NCBI GenBank assembly: GCA_002311135.1
Contig: DBZK01000010.1
Location: 34,755-98,754 of the forward strand
DNA: 64,000 nucleotides
DNA from: Dehalococcoidia bacterium UBA1162
GTDB lineage: Bacteria; Chloroflexota; Dehalococcoidia; GIF9; UBA5629
Reading direction: 5' to 3'
Every line of letters starts with the position of its first letter. Position 1 is the stretch's first letter. Both the position numbers and the translations under genes were made by a program. Shown one piece after another: positions 28,978 to 37,036 of the stretch. A model generated the notes under the pieces. It was given only the letters and a program-made list of their open reading frames with translations, did not search any database and was not told the origin of the DNA.

Positions 28978-29094
28978 TATTACTTAATCCAAATACAATA
29001 CATACTATAACCGAATTTAAGGTAAGCGAATAATAATACACCATGTCCGACACTGTCTGAAGGATGTACTGAATTTCCTGGGAATGTGATAAAA

Positions 29095-29130
29095 TATTGG
29101 ATGTTGGATGTATGACATCTTACATCCAAT
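29095..29130 (+). promoter_or_regulatory. Candidate operator/promoter of the AbrB-PIN toxin-antitoxin operon
   Basis: Perfect inverted repeat TTGGATGTA-N8-TACATCCAA (29104-29112 / 29121-29129), preceded by a direct repeat of TTGGATG and an A/T-rich -10-like GATAAAAT, about 12 nt upstream of the antitoxin ATG. Confidence 0.4.
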
Positions 29131-29141
29131 GCTAAAAGCTA

Positions 29142-29426
29142 ATGAGCAAGAAATTATCAGATGACATTACAGTCCGTGAAAAGCGGCAGGTTACGCTTCC
29201 ACGTTATATCTGCGAACAGCTCGGAATTGAAGAAGGAGACCGGCTGACTTTATACGTGGACGGTGACAAACTTATTGCAAAAGCTAACAAAACTGTTGCG
29301 CTGGATGCCCTAAATGAACTACACAGGATATTCAAGGATTCTGAAGTCACCGAGAAAGAGCTATTGAAGACCAGCCGCCAAATACGCAAACAACTGGTCA
29401 AGAAAGAGTATGGTCGCCAGCACTGA
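29142..29426 (+). CDS. AbrB/MazE/SpoVT-family antitoxin
   Basis: 94 aa. VTLPRYICEQLGIEEGDRLTLYVDGDKLI is a swapped-hairpin AbrB-type DNA-binding domain, and the gene overlaps the downstream PIN gene by 17 nt. Confidence 0.6.
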   Translation: MSKKLSDDITVREKRQVTLPRYICEQLGIEEGDRLTLYVDGDKLIAKANKTVALDALNELHRIFKDSEVTEKELLKTSRQIRKQLVKKEYGRQH

Positions 29427-29844
29427 CCTGCGCGTATTCCTCGACAGCGATGTCATCATATCAGGCTTTTTTTTCGCCTCCGGAACTCCCGCTCAAATAC
29501 TTGAATTGCACTTCAATGGAAGGCTTCATATCATAGTATGCCGGCTCATTATTGAAGAAGTGGTCCGCACAATTACAAAAAAGAAGACGCAAGCCCTGCC
29601 TGCTCTCCAAATGTTTTTAACGAGCTCTCCGCCGGAAATTGTCAAAAATCCACCGCTTCAAGAGATTGAGCGTTGGACTAAGATTCTTCAATTCGAGGAT
29701 GCTATTATTCTGGCGGCCGCCAGGAGCGCCGAACCTGACTACTTCGTTACCGGCGACCAGCACTTCCACGTACCATCCCTAGTAGATAAGTCCGGCCTGC
29801 GCATAGTAACGCCCGCTCAGTTGTTAAGATCAATTAAAAAGTGA
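29410..29844 (+). CDS. PIN-domain toxin (VapC-like)
   Basis: 144 aa with conserved acidic residues at FLDSDVII, FEDAIILAAA and VTGD, consistent with the PIN fold. Confidence 0.65.
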   Translation: MVASTDLRVFLDSDVIISGFFFASGTPAQILELHFNGRLHIIVCRLIIEEVVRTITKKKTQALPALQMFLTSSPPEIVKNPPLQEIERWTKILQFEDAIILAAARSAEPDYFVTGDQHFHVPSLVDKSGLRIVTPAQLLRSIKK

Positions 29845-29931
29845 CCGCAGTTTGTGTTCATTCATTAAAGGTGTTCAAGCGAAATATGCTAATATCTAAA
29901 ACATTTAAAGCTGATTCATGCGGAGCTGGAA

Positions 29932-31068
29932 ATGACCGTAAAATCTTTTTATTTTGCGCCACTATTAATGTTCATCGTTTTCGCTCTTGTATTTAATTCC
30001 TGCCAGGCGCCCAAATATTATGATAACGTTCAACGCGTCTTTCCTGCGGTAGTACGCGTGAGCACGGAGGACGAAATAGGCTCGGGCGTCATCGTAACGG
30101 ACACGGGCTACATATTGACCAGCAATCATGTGTTGCACGATAGCAAGTCCCCCATCGTGATGCTGAACAACGGCTCCCAGTATCAGGCTACAGTTGCAAC
30201 GGTGGATAGCGCCAGGGACCTGGCGGTCATTAAATTGCCCGATAATCCGGCGGGCTATCCGTATGCTACCCTGGGCAGTTCGACCGAGTCGAACACACTG
30301 CAGATCGGCAGCCCGGTGCTGGTGATCGGCTACCCGGGCGAAAACGATATCAACCACCTGATGCTCAGCACCGGCAGTATCTGCGCTTTCCCCAGGATCG
30401 ATTCGGTCGGCTTCCTGCAGAGTGAGGCAAAGGCCTACCCCGGCAGCAGCGGCGGCCCTATGACCAACAGCAACGGCGATGTAGTAGGCATCATCAACAG
30501 CCGGTACACCAACCTTAAGGACTCCTGCTCCACCTTTGCCACAGCTATAAACGAAGCGAAACCGCTGCTCGACAACCTTGCTACCGGCGGGCAGCCTGTA
30601 GCTGTGGCACCGGAGGAAAATATCACCTCCGCCTCAAGTTTGCCATGCGCCAGCGTGGGCTGCCTGGCTCCCGATTTCAGCCTTCCCACCGTCGACCAGA
30701 AAGAGCTCACGTTAAGTTCACTTAAGGGCAAAAAGGTCATAGTGGCATTTCTTTCGACAACCTGCAACGCCTGCCTTCAGACCATGCAGTGCCTGCTTCC
30801 CATTTACGCCACCTGGCCGAGAGACCAGCTTGAGATGGTATTCGTAGTCAGCGGGGAGCAGTTCGACGACGTTCAGCATTGGGTAAAACTGTATGGCATA
30901 AAATGCCCGGTGGTGCTCGATTCACTGGAACTTGTTCTGAATCAATATCAACCCGACCAGTCTCCTGCCCTCTATTTCTTGACGGCCGACGGGCATATAA
31001 AGATTACGAAATTTCCCCCCATCGACGGCTGTACAGCGCAATTCGATGCCCTGCTGAGGCTTTATTAG
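29932..31068 (+). CDS. Secreted trypsin-like (S1) serine protease fused to a thioredoxin-fold TlpA/redoxin-like domain
   Basis: Signal peptide, S1 catalytic triad context (TSNHVL, ARDLAVIKL, GSSGGP), then a C-terminal domain with CxxC (FLSTTCNACLQ) in a TlpA/AhpC-TSA-like arrangement. Confidence 0.65.
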   Translation: MTVKSFYFAPLLMFIVFALVFNSCQAPKYYDNVQRVFPAVVRVSTEDEIGSGVIVTDTGYILTSNHVLHDSKSPIVMLNNGSQYQATVATVDSARDLAVIKLPDNPAGYPYATLGSSTESNTLQIGSPVLVIGYPGENDINHLMLSTGSICAFPRIDSVGFLQSEAKAYPGSSGGPMTNSNGDVVGIINSRYTNLKDSCSTFATAINEAKPLLDNLATGGQPVAVAPEENITSASSLPCASVGCLAPDFSLPTVDQKELTLSSLKGKKVIVAFLSTTCNACLQTMQCLLPIYATWPRDQLEMVFVVSGEQFDDVQHWVKLYGIKCPVVLDSLELVLNQYQPDQSPALYFLTADGHIKITKFPPIDGCTAQFDALLRLY

Positions 31069-31077
31069 GTTATTAAA

Positions 31078-31165
31078 TGACCGTAAAGCCTTTTTATCTT
31101 GCTCCATTACTGATATTAATTGCCCTGCCGACGGGGAGATAGATTCTTTGCTGAGGCTTTATTAG
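31078..31165 (+). pseudogene. Degenerate remnant of a paralog of the protease-thioredoxin gene (5' about 60 nt fused to the last about 23 nt)
   Basis: ATGACCGTAAAGCCTTTTTATCTTGCTCCATTACTGATATTAATTGCC is about 75% identical to the start of the 29932 gene. It ends with CTGCTGAGGCTTTATTAG, identical to that gene's 3' end, and encodes only MTVKPFYLAPLLILIALPTGR before a stop. Confidence 0.5.
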
Positions 31166-32108
31166 CCACCCCCTTTAACCTTTCCAAAGCCAGTTCGCAG
31201 TAGGCGCGATCTATATCGTACCCGACATATTCCCTTTTGGCTTGAAGCGCGGCCAGGCAGGTAGAGCCGCTGCCTGCGAAGGGATCGAGCACCACCTCGC
31301 CTTCGAAGGTATAGAGCTGGATCAAACGGCGGGGCAACTCCAGCGGAAAGGGGGCCGGGTGGCCTATTTTCCCGGCACGTTCGGACGGGAACTTCCAGAT
31401 GCTCCTGGTGAATTCTAAAAACTCCTCCCTGGATATGGTGCTCATTCTTTTGCAGGGATTGGGACGCGTAAAGGACTGCTTGCAGAAAACGAGGATGTAC
31501 TCATGCACGTCGCGCAGCACCGGGTTGCCGGCCTTCATATAGGTACCCCAGGCGGTGGACGAGCCGGCACTGCTGCCCTTGTCCCAGAGAATCTCGCCGC
31601 GCATCAGGAATCCGGACTCTTGCATGGCCCTGCTAATATGCGAGTTAAGGGGAATGTAGGGCTTGCGCCCCAGGTTGGCGATATTTATGCAGGCCCTTCC
31701 GCCGGGCACGAGCACCCTGTACGTTTCGGCGAATACCCGCTTCAGCAGTCCTAAGTATTGGTCAAGTGAAAGGTCATCGTCGTATTGCTTGCCCACATTG
31801 TAGGGGGGAGATGTGACCATGAGGTGTACCGAGCAGTCCGGCAGCTCTGACATATGCTCGCTGCTTTTGCAAAAGATCCTGTTGATATATTTGCCCGGGA
31901 TTTTATTTTCAACGTAAACGGCCTTTTTATCTTCTTCGAGGCCGTCATATAGCTTGCCCTTGTAGAATTTAGAGGAGTCGTGGCTGATCCGCCCCTGAGT
32001 TCCGAAGGCGCTGGTGCTCGTGCGCTTATGTTTTTTCTGAGATGGATTAGTTTTCATTATGCGTATTATATTTGAAGTCTCGGTGGAACGCGAGTTTTTC
32101 GCTGACAA
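31116..32108 (-). CDS. Orphan DNA methyltransferase (amino-MTase, SPPY motif IV; N4-cytosine or N6-adenine)
   Basis: MVTSPPYNVGKQYDD (motif IV) and a C-terminal FxGSGST SAM-binding motif (DPFAGSGSTCLAA) are typical of beta-class N4C/N6A MTases. No adjacent restriction endonuclease candidate. Confidence 0.75.
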   Translation of the reverse strand: MSAKNSRSTETSNIIRIMKTNPSQKKHKRTSTSAFGTQGRISHDSSKFYKGKLYDGLEEDKKAVYVENKIPGKYINRIFCKSSEHMSELPDCSVHLMVTSPPYNVGKQYDDDLSLDQYLGLLKRVFAETYRVLVPGGRACINIANLGRKPYIPLNSHISRAMQESGFLMRGEILWDKGSSAGSSTAWGTYMKAGNPVLRDVHEYILVFCKQSFTRPNPCKRMSTISREEFLEFTRSIWKFPSERAGKIGHPAPFPLELPRRLIQLYTFEGEVVLDPFAGSGSTCLAALQAKREYVGYDIDRAYCELALERLKGVANKASAKNLSPRRQGN

Positions 32109-32161
32109 TGATGATTTATCCCCTCATGTAAAGACCGAGCATAGGTAACACCTTAAACCGG

Positions 32162-32232
32162 CCCTCTCCCGATGGAAGAGGGAATTCTATATATAAGAGG
32201 GGCTAAAGCCCCTCTTCAACACCCCTTGCCCG
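32162..32232. repeat. Double-hairpin palindromic element CCCTCT...AGAGGG (copy 2)
   Basis: CCCTCTCCCGATGGAAGAGGGAATTCTATATATAAGAGGGGCTAAAGCCCCTCTTCAACACCCCTTGCCCGG, homologous to 20345-20427. Confidence 0.6.
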
Positions 32233-32318
32233 GTCAGCCTTACTTTTAGAACACATCTCCCGCGTCGCTGGTTACGAATTGGGAAGGAGTTCCCTCCTCA
32301 AAGCCTGCCTATTCAAAC

Positions 32319-32346
32319 GTCATTGCGAGCGATAGCGTGGCAATCC
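32319..32346. repeat. GTCATTGCGAG-family repeat (solo forward arm, copy 3)
   Basis: GTCATTGCGAGCGATAGCGTGGCAATCC, followed by an unrelated small hairpin TTCACCGATTGACC...GGTCGGTGAA at 32362-32389. Confidence 0.55.
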
Positions 32347-32437
32347 TTTATTAACTCACGTTCACCGATTGACCTCTCGGTCGGTGAAATGGCATAATTC
32401 AAAATCCAACTTAAAATAAAACCCCGGAGGTCTAACT

Positions 32438-33973
32438 ATGGAAACATTTCCCTGGTGGAGCAAAGCACAAATCGAGCTGGCGGAAGATGCCAAGAAATTT
32501 ACCGACGAGGTCTTAGTACCCATCGGCGAGCGGGATGCCCTTTTGAGAAAGTTCAGCCGTGAAGGCCTGGCTAAAATGGCCGGTAAGGGCTGGTTCGGGG
32601 CGCTCATCCCCAAAAAATATGGGGGTCGTGCCGAGGAGTGGGGTGTAACCGGTGCAGCCATTATCATGGAGGAGACTTCCAGGGCAGGAGAATCCGCGGG
32701 CGGGCTGGGCACGACCATGTTCGGCAGCGCCACCCAGATAGTGCACAACGGCAATGAGGAGCAGAAGCAGAAATGGCTGCCGGGCATAGCCAGGGGCGAG
32801 CTGATCGGCTGTATCACCATGACCGAGCCGTATGCCGGTTCGGACATAGCCGGCATCGAGACCACGGCAGTCCGCCAGGGCGATTTTTATATTATTAACG
32901 GCAAGAAACGCTTCCAGACCATAGCTGCCGCCGCCGACCTTTATATGTGCTATTTCCTCACCAGCGACAAGCCGGAGGACAGGGCCAAATATAACCATCT
33001 CGGCGCCTTTGTAGTTGAGAAAGGCACGCCCGGTTTCCATATTGAGCGTATGAATGACACCATGGGATATGACGGCTCATACAACTGCTATCTGAGCTTC
33101 GACGATGCCAAGGTGCCGACCTTTAACCGGCTGGGGCAGGAAGGCGAAGGCTGGAAGATCATGATGAGCGGACTCAACGTAGAGAGGATACTCAATGCCT
33201 CTCCTACACTGGGACCCCAGCGTGAATGTATCCGTTACGCACAGCAGCACCTTGAAAGGCGCATCCAGTTCGGCCAGCCGACAGGCTCCATTGCCACCAA
33301 CCAGTTCAAGCTGGCTGACATGATCTGGAAGCTATATCTAAGCAGGCTGATCGTCTATTATGGCGCTTACTGCGCCGACCTCGGCAAGGACGTGCCGGTT
33401 GAAGCGGCCATCTCCAAGATGTTCTCCTCCGATTCGGCGATGGAGACTGCGCTGGAAGCAGTTCAGTGCATGGGTGGCAACGGCATTATGAAGATCTACC
33501 CCGTGGAAAGGCTTTTCCGCGATGCCAAGCATGCCCAGATAGCTGCCGGCACTTCGGAAATTTTGAAACTGCTTATCTATCGTCAGGGCACCAGGAATCT
33601 GAAAAATGACCTCAAGGTCCCACAGAGGGTTATCGATCCCGAGCTTGGCCTGCCACTGCCCGTCGGCAAACCCCTGCCGAAGAAAACGGCTAAAGGTGAA
33701 GAGGACCTTCTGAAAGTCCTGGCCGAGAACTACAGGACCAATCCCGGGCTGTATATGACGCTGGATGATATCAAAGAGTGGCTGGATATCTCGGACGCCG
33801 ACCTTATCAAATACCTGGAAAGCTTGGAGAAACAGGGCCTGGCCGGGTGCTACCGCACACGTAAGGGCATATCACTGGCCAGGGTTACCTATAAAGGGCT
33901 GCAAAAAGCCAATCCTCCTGAGTATTACAAATACCGCCCATCCTGGCTGAAAGACGATCAGGACTTCTGGTGA
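32438..33973 (+). CDS. Acyl-CoA dehydrogenase with an extra C-terminal, roughly 130-aa winged-helix-like domain
   Basis: About 380 aa of ACAD fold followed by an extension (LDDIKEWLDISDADLIKYLESLEKQGLAGCYRTRKGISLARVTY) that resembles a winged-helix domain. Confidence 0.75.
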   Translation: METFPWWSKAQIELAEDAKKFTDEVLVPIGERDALLRKFSREGLAKMAGKGWFGALIPKKYGGRAEEWGVTGAAIIMEETSRAGESAGGLGTTMFGSATQIVHNGNEEQKQKWLPGIARGELIGCITMTEPYAGSDIAGIETTAVRQGDFYIINGKKRFQTIAAAADLYMCYFLTSDKPEDRAKYNHLGAFVVEKGTPGFHIERMNDTMGYDGSYNCYLSFDDAKVPTFNRLGQEGEGWKIMMSGLNVERILNASPTLGPQRECIRYAQQHLERRIQFGQPTGSIATNQFKLADMIWKLYLSRLIVYYGAYCADLGKDVPVEAAISKMFSSDSAMETALEAVQCMGGNGIMKIYPVERLFRDAKHAQIAAGTSEILKLLIYRQGTRNLKNDLKVPQRVIDPELGLPLPVGKPLPKKTAKGEEDLLKVLAENYRTNPGLYMTLDDIKEWLDISDADLIKYLESLEKQGLAGCYRTRKGISLARVTYKGLQKANPPEYYKYRPSWLKDDQDFW

Positions 33974-34048
33974 TTGGGTACTGCCCTCACCAGATGTTCG
34001 ACTACACTAGTCAATCATTCATAAATCCTGTCCAATTATTGACCTCAA

Positions 34049-35296
34049 TTGCTGAATTATTTTAAACGTAATGAGACCCTGCTCATTCTCTGCATAGCGG
34101 GCATGCTCATGAACATGGGGATGGGTCAGGTCAGCCCCATACTGGCGCTGTATGCCCGGCAGTTCGGCATAAACATGACGCTGGTCGGACTCATCATAAC
34201 CGCTTTTGCCTTTGCCAGCGCCATCGTGGATATCCCGGCAGGCAGAATTGCCGAGCGGCTGGGCCGCCGCCCCACCCTTATCGCAGGCTGTCTGGTGCTG
34301 GCTGCCGGGTCGGTGGGATGTGCGCTGGCACCCGGCTACTGGCTTTTTGTGGTCTGCCGCCTTATTCAGGGTACCGGCTACGCCCTCTACACCACCACAG
34401 CTATGATCATGCTGACTGATATAAGTACCGTGCATAACCGCGGCAACAATATGGGATGGTATATGGGCAGCGCATGGATCGGCTTCGGCCTGGGACCGAT
34501 CAGCGGCGGCTTTATCGGCCAGTACTTCGGCTTGCCGGCAGTATTCTATGTGTATGCCTTTTTCTGCGCGCTGGCAGCGGTTTGGGCCTTCCTGCGACTG
34601 CCCGAGACTCACCACTACCATGCCAGACAATCAATTGCAGAGCCGGGTGATCGTCCGCCTGCAACGGGAGCAAGGCTTAGCATCAAAGATCTGCTGGTCA
34701 ACCCCAATTTTATGCTGATCTGCCTCATTGCTTTTTGCGTATTCTTTACCAACGACGGATCACGATATCAAATATTGCCGCTGCTTTCTCATGACCGCCT
34801 CGGCCTAACCCCGAGCGAAATAGGTTTGGCTGTGACCGTAATAGCCGCGGCCAATATAATTGTGCAGCTGATCATCGGAAGGCTATCCGACAAGGTGGGC
34901 AGAAAGCCCATGATCCTCCCCGGGTGCATTCTCCTGGCAGTCTCTCTGGTGATATGGATGCTGAGTGCCAATTACCAGTTCATACTCTTAGGTTGTATAG
35001 TATTCGGGATAGGCATAGGCATAACCGGGCCCACCCCGGCCGCATACGTAGCCGACATACTTTCGGGCCAAAACTCCAGCGGCGGTATGAGCATCTTCAG
35101 GACGGCCTGCGACCTGGGCTTCGTCGTCGGCCCTGTTTTCCAGGGATGGCTGGCAGATATGAACGGATTTGATTTCCCGCTGATCTTCAATGCCGTCCTG
35201 CTGTTCACAGCCGCGCTGGTTTTCCAGATCGTGGCCAGGGAGCACCCTTCCTTTGCAGCCCGGAACAACACGAAGCCAATAAACACTAAGTTCTAA
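34049..35296 (+). CDS. MFS transporter
   Basis: 12-TM architecture with an MFS signature GRIAERLGRRP in loop 2-3. The TTG start at 34049 is uncertain. Confidence 0.7.
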   Translation: MLNYFKRNETLLILCIAGMLMNMGMGQVSPILALYARQFGINMTLVGLIITAFAFASAIVDIPAGRIAERLGRRPTLIAGCLVLAAGSVGCALAPGYWLFVVCRLIQGTGYALYTTTAMIMLTDISTVHNRGNNMGWYMGSAWIGFGLGPISGGFIGQYFGLPAVFYVYAFFCALAAVWAFLRLPETHHYHARQSIAEPGDRPPATGARLSIKDLLVNPNFMLICLIAFCVFFTNDGSRYQILPLLSHDRLGLTPSEIGLAVTVIAAANIIVQLIIGRLSDKVGRKPMILPGCILLAVSLVIWMLSANYQFILLGCIVFGIGIGITGPTPAAYVADILSGQNSSGGMSIFRTACDLGFVVGPVFQGWLADMNGFDFPLIFNAVLLFTAALVFQIVAREHPSFAARNNTKPINTKF

Positions 35297-35435
35297 ACAA
35301 GTTCAAAACTCAAAGCTTAAACAATATTGGAATTTGGTTGAGAGATTGCTCCGCTGTCGCTCGCAATGACCTGTTTCCTGAATTGTCATTGCGAGGTTGG
35401 TTGATGGATTGCTTTTTAGAGCTTAGAATTTCCCC
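35293..35435. repeat. Composite intergenic repeat block: TTTAGAGCTT-type units flanking GTCATTGCGAG-family arms (copy 4)
   Basis: CTAAACAAGTTCAAAACTCAAAGCTTAAACAATATTGGAATTTGG (35293-35344), reverse arm GATTGCTCCGCTGTCGCTCGCAATGAC (35345-35370), forward arm GTCATTGCGAGGTTGGTTGATGGATTGC (35384-35411), then TTTTTAGAGCTTAGAATTT. Confidence 0.6.
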
Positions 35436-36844
35436 GAACTGGGCCCTTGGAGTCTCTCCAGAAACTCTTTTCTCCTGACCATGGCCCCCAGACAGCGTAT
35501 AGCGTTCTCGGGCATGATATAGACCGGGATGCCGTCCTTAACGGCCATTTCCATACCCAAAACCTGGTCGCCGGGGTTGCCGGGCACGTAGAGCACGGGC
35601 TTCCTGAGCCGGTCGCGCATGTCCACGATCCTTGTCCTGAACTGGTCTATCTGTAAAAAGCCATAGGCTATCATCACGCAGGCGTCCACATCGGCTAAGA
35701 CCATCTCGAGGCAGTCGGCATAAACACCGTAGGTATCGCCGACGGGCACCCATACCAGGTCCACCGGGTTCTTGCGGTTGGTGGAGGGCGGCACCTTGTC
35801 CTTCAAATAGGCTGACAGCCTGTCCTGCGTCTGCTGCGAGAGATGTGGTATGGTCAATCCCTCCCGGACACAGGCATCGGAGGAAGCCACGGCTCCGCCT
35901 CCCGCTTCGATCAACAACCCAACCCGCCTGCCGGACGGTAAAACATGACAATTGAAGGCTACGGCCAGGTCTATGACGTCCTCCATGCTCTTCGCAGCTA
36001 TAATGCCGACCTGCCGGCACATGGCCTGGAAGACCTCGTAGTCCCCGGCCAGGGAACCGGTATGCGAAGCTGCGGACCTGGCTCCCATCTCAGAACTGCC
36101 TCCCTTCCAGATAATAATGGGCTTATGCGGGCATATCTCCCGGGCGATCTCCATAAAACGCCGCGCGTTTTTTAGCCCTTCAACATAGGCGGCGATCACC
36201 GTGGTGTTAGGATCTGTTCCCCAGTAGCCGATCAGGTCCTCCACGGTGAGGTCGCTCTGATTGCCGATACTGATGATGCCGCTAAATCGCAACCCTCGTG
36301 AGCTGCCCAGCCTAAGCATGGTCTCGCTGGCCCAGCCGCTCTGTCCCACAAATCCCACTGTGCCCGGCTCCATGGGCATCCTCGCATATGGGACCACCGT
36401 GTTAACACGTCCACGGGACGTAAAGATGCCCATGCAATTGGGACCGATGATCCTGACACCGCCTTCGTGTGCGATATCAACCATCTTCTTTTCGTAGTCA
36501 CGTCCCGCCGCTCCCATCTCGCTGAAGCCGACGGCATGTACCACAACGAATTTAACTCGTTTGCGTGCACATTCCTCCATGGCGGGGATGATGGCGGAGG
36601 AGGGTATAGCCAGTATGGCCAGGTCGATCTCGCCGGGTATGCCGGACAGATTCGGGTAGCATTTCAGACCCATGATCTCTGATTCTTTAGGATTGACCGG
36701 GTAGATCATCCCGGCATAGTTGTCTTTCAGCATGCTGTTGATGAACATGCCGCCCGATTTCCACTCGTCCTTGGAGGCGCCCACGATGGCAACTGAACGG
36801 GGCTCAAATAAATACTTGAGGTCGGGTATGCCGTTGTCTATCAT
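35423..36844 (-). CDS. Acyl-CoA synthetase (NDP-forming) alpha-type subunit / CoA-binding domain protein
   Basis: 473 aa. N-terminal CoA-binding Rossmann (SVAIVGASKD), succinyl-CoA-synthetase-like flavodoxin domain and ligase-CoA domain. Confidence 0.65.
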   Translation of the reverse strand: MIDNGIPDLKYLFEPRSVAIVGASKDEWKSGGMFINSMLKDNYAGMIYPVNPKESEIMGLKCYPNLSGIPGEIDLAILAIPSSAIIPAMEECARKRVKFVVVHAVGFSEMGAAGRDYEKKMVDIAHEGGVRIIGPNCMGIFTSRGRVNTVVPYARMPMEPGTVGFVGQSGWASETMLRLGSSRGLRFSGIISIGNQSDLTVEDLIGYWGTDPNTTVIAAYVEGLKNARRFMEIAREICPHKPIIIWKGGSSEMGARSAASHTGSLAGDYEVFQAMCRQVGIIAAKSMEDVIDLAVAFNCHVLPSGRRVGLLIEAGGGAVASSDACVREGLTIPHLSQQTQDRLSAYLKDKVPPSTNRKNPVDLVWVPVGDTYGVYADCLEMVLADVDACVMIAYGFLQIDQFRTRIVDMRDRLRKPVLYVPGNPGDQVLGMEMAVKDGIPVYIMPENAIRCLGAMVRRKEFLERLQGPSSGKF

Positions 36845-37036
36845 CGCAGGCCTCCGCTATCAATTTTGTCTCTTCGCTCAATTCGGACGCAGGATAAGCC
36901 GAAGTTCAGGTAATTATCTTATGGCCTTCAGCCCTGTGTCAAAAGGCAGAGGATTGTGCTATATTACTGCTATTGAACCGGCAGTCAACCGGTGCTCAGT
37001 TATTCACCCGCCTAATAATAATTGGAGGAGCGAACG

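Noticed and set aside
36845-37036. Partial palindrome ACCGGCAGTCAACCGGT in the divergent promoter between the CoA-ligase and enoyl-CoA hydratase genes
   Set aside because: It is a single imperfect short palindrome, too weak to call an operator without comparative data.
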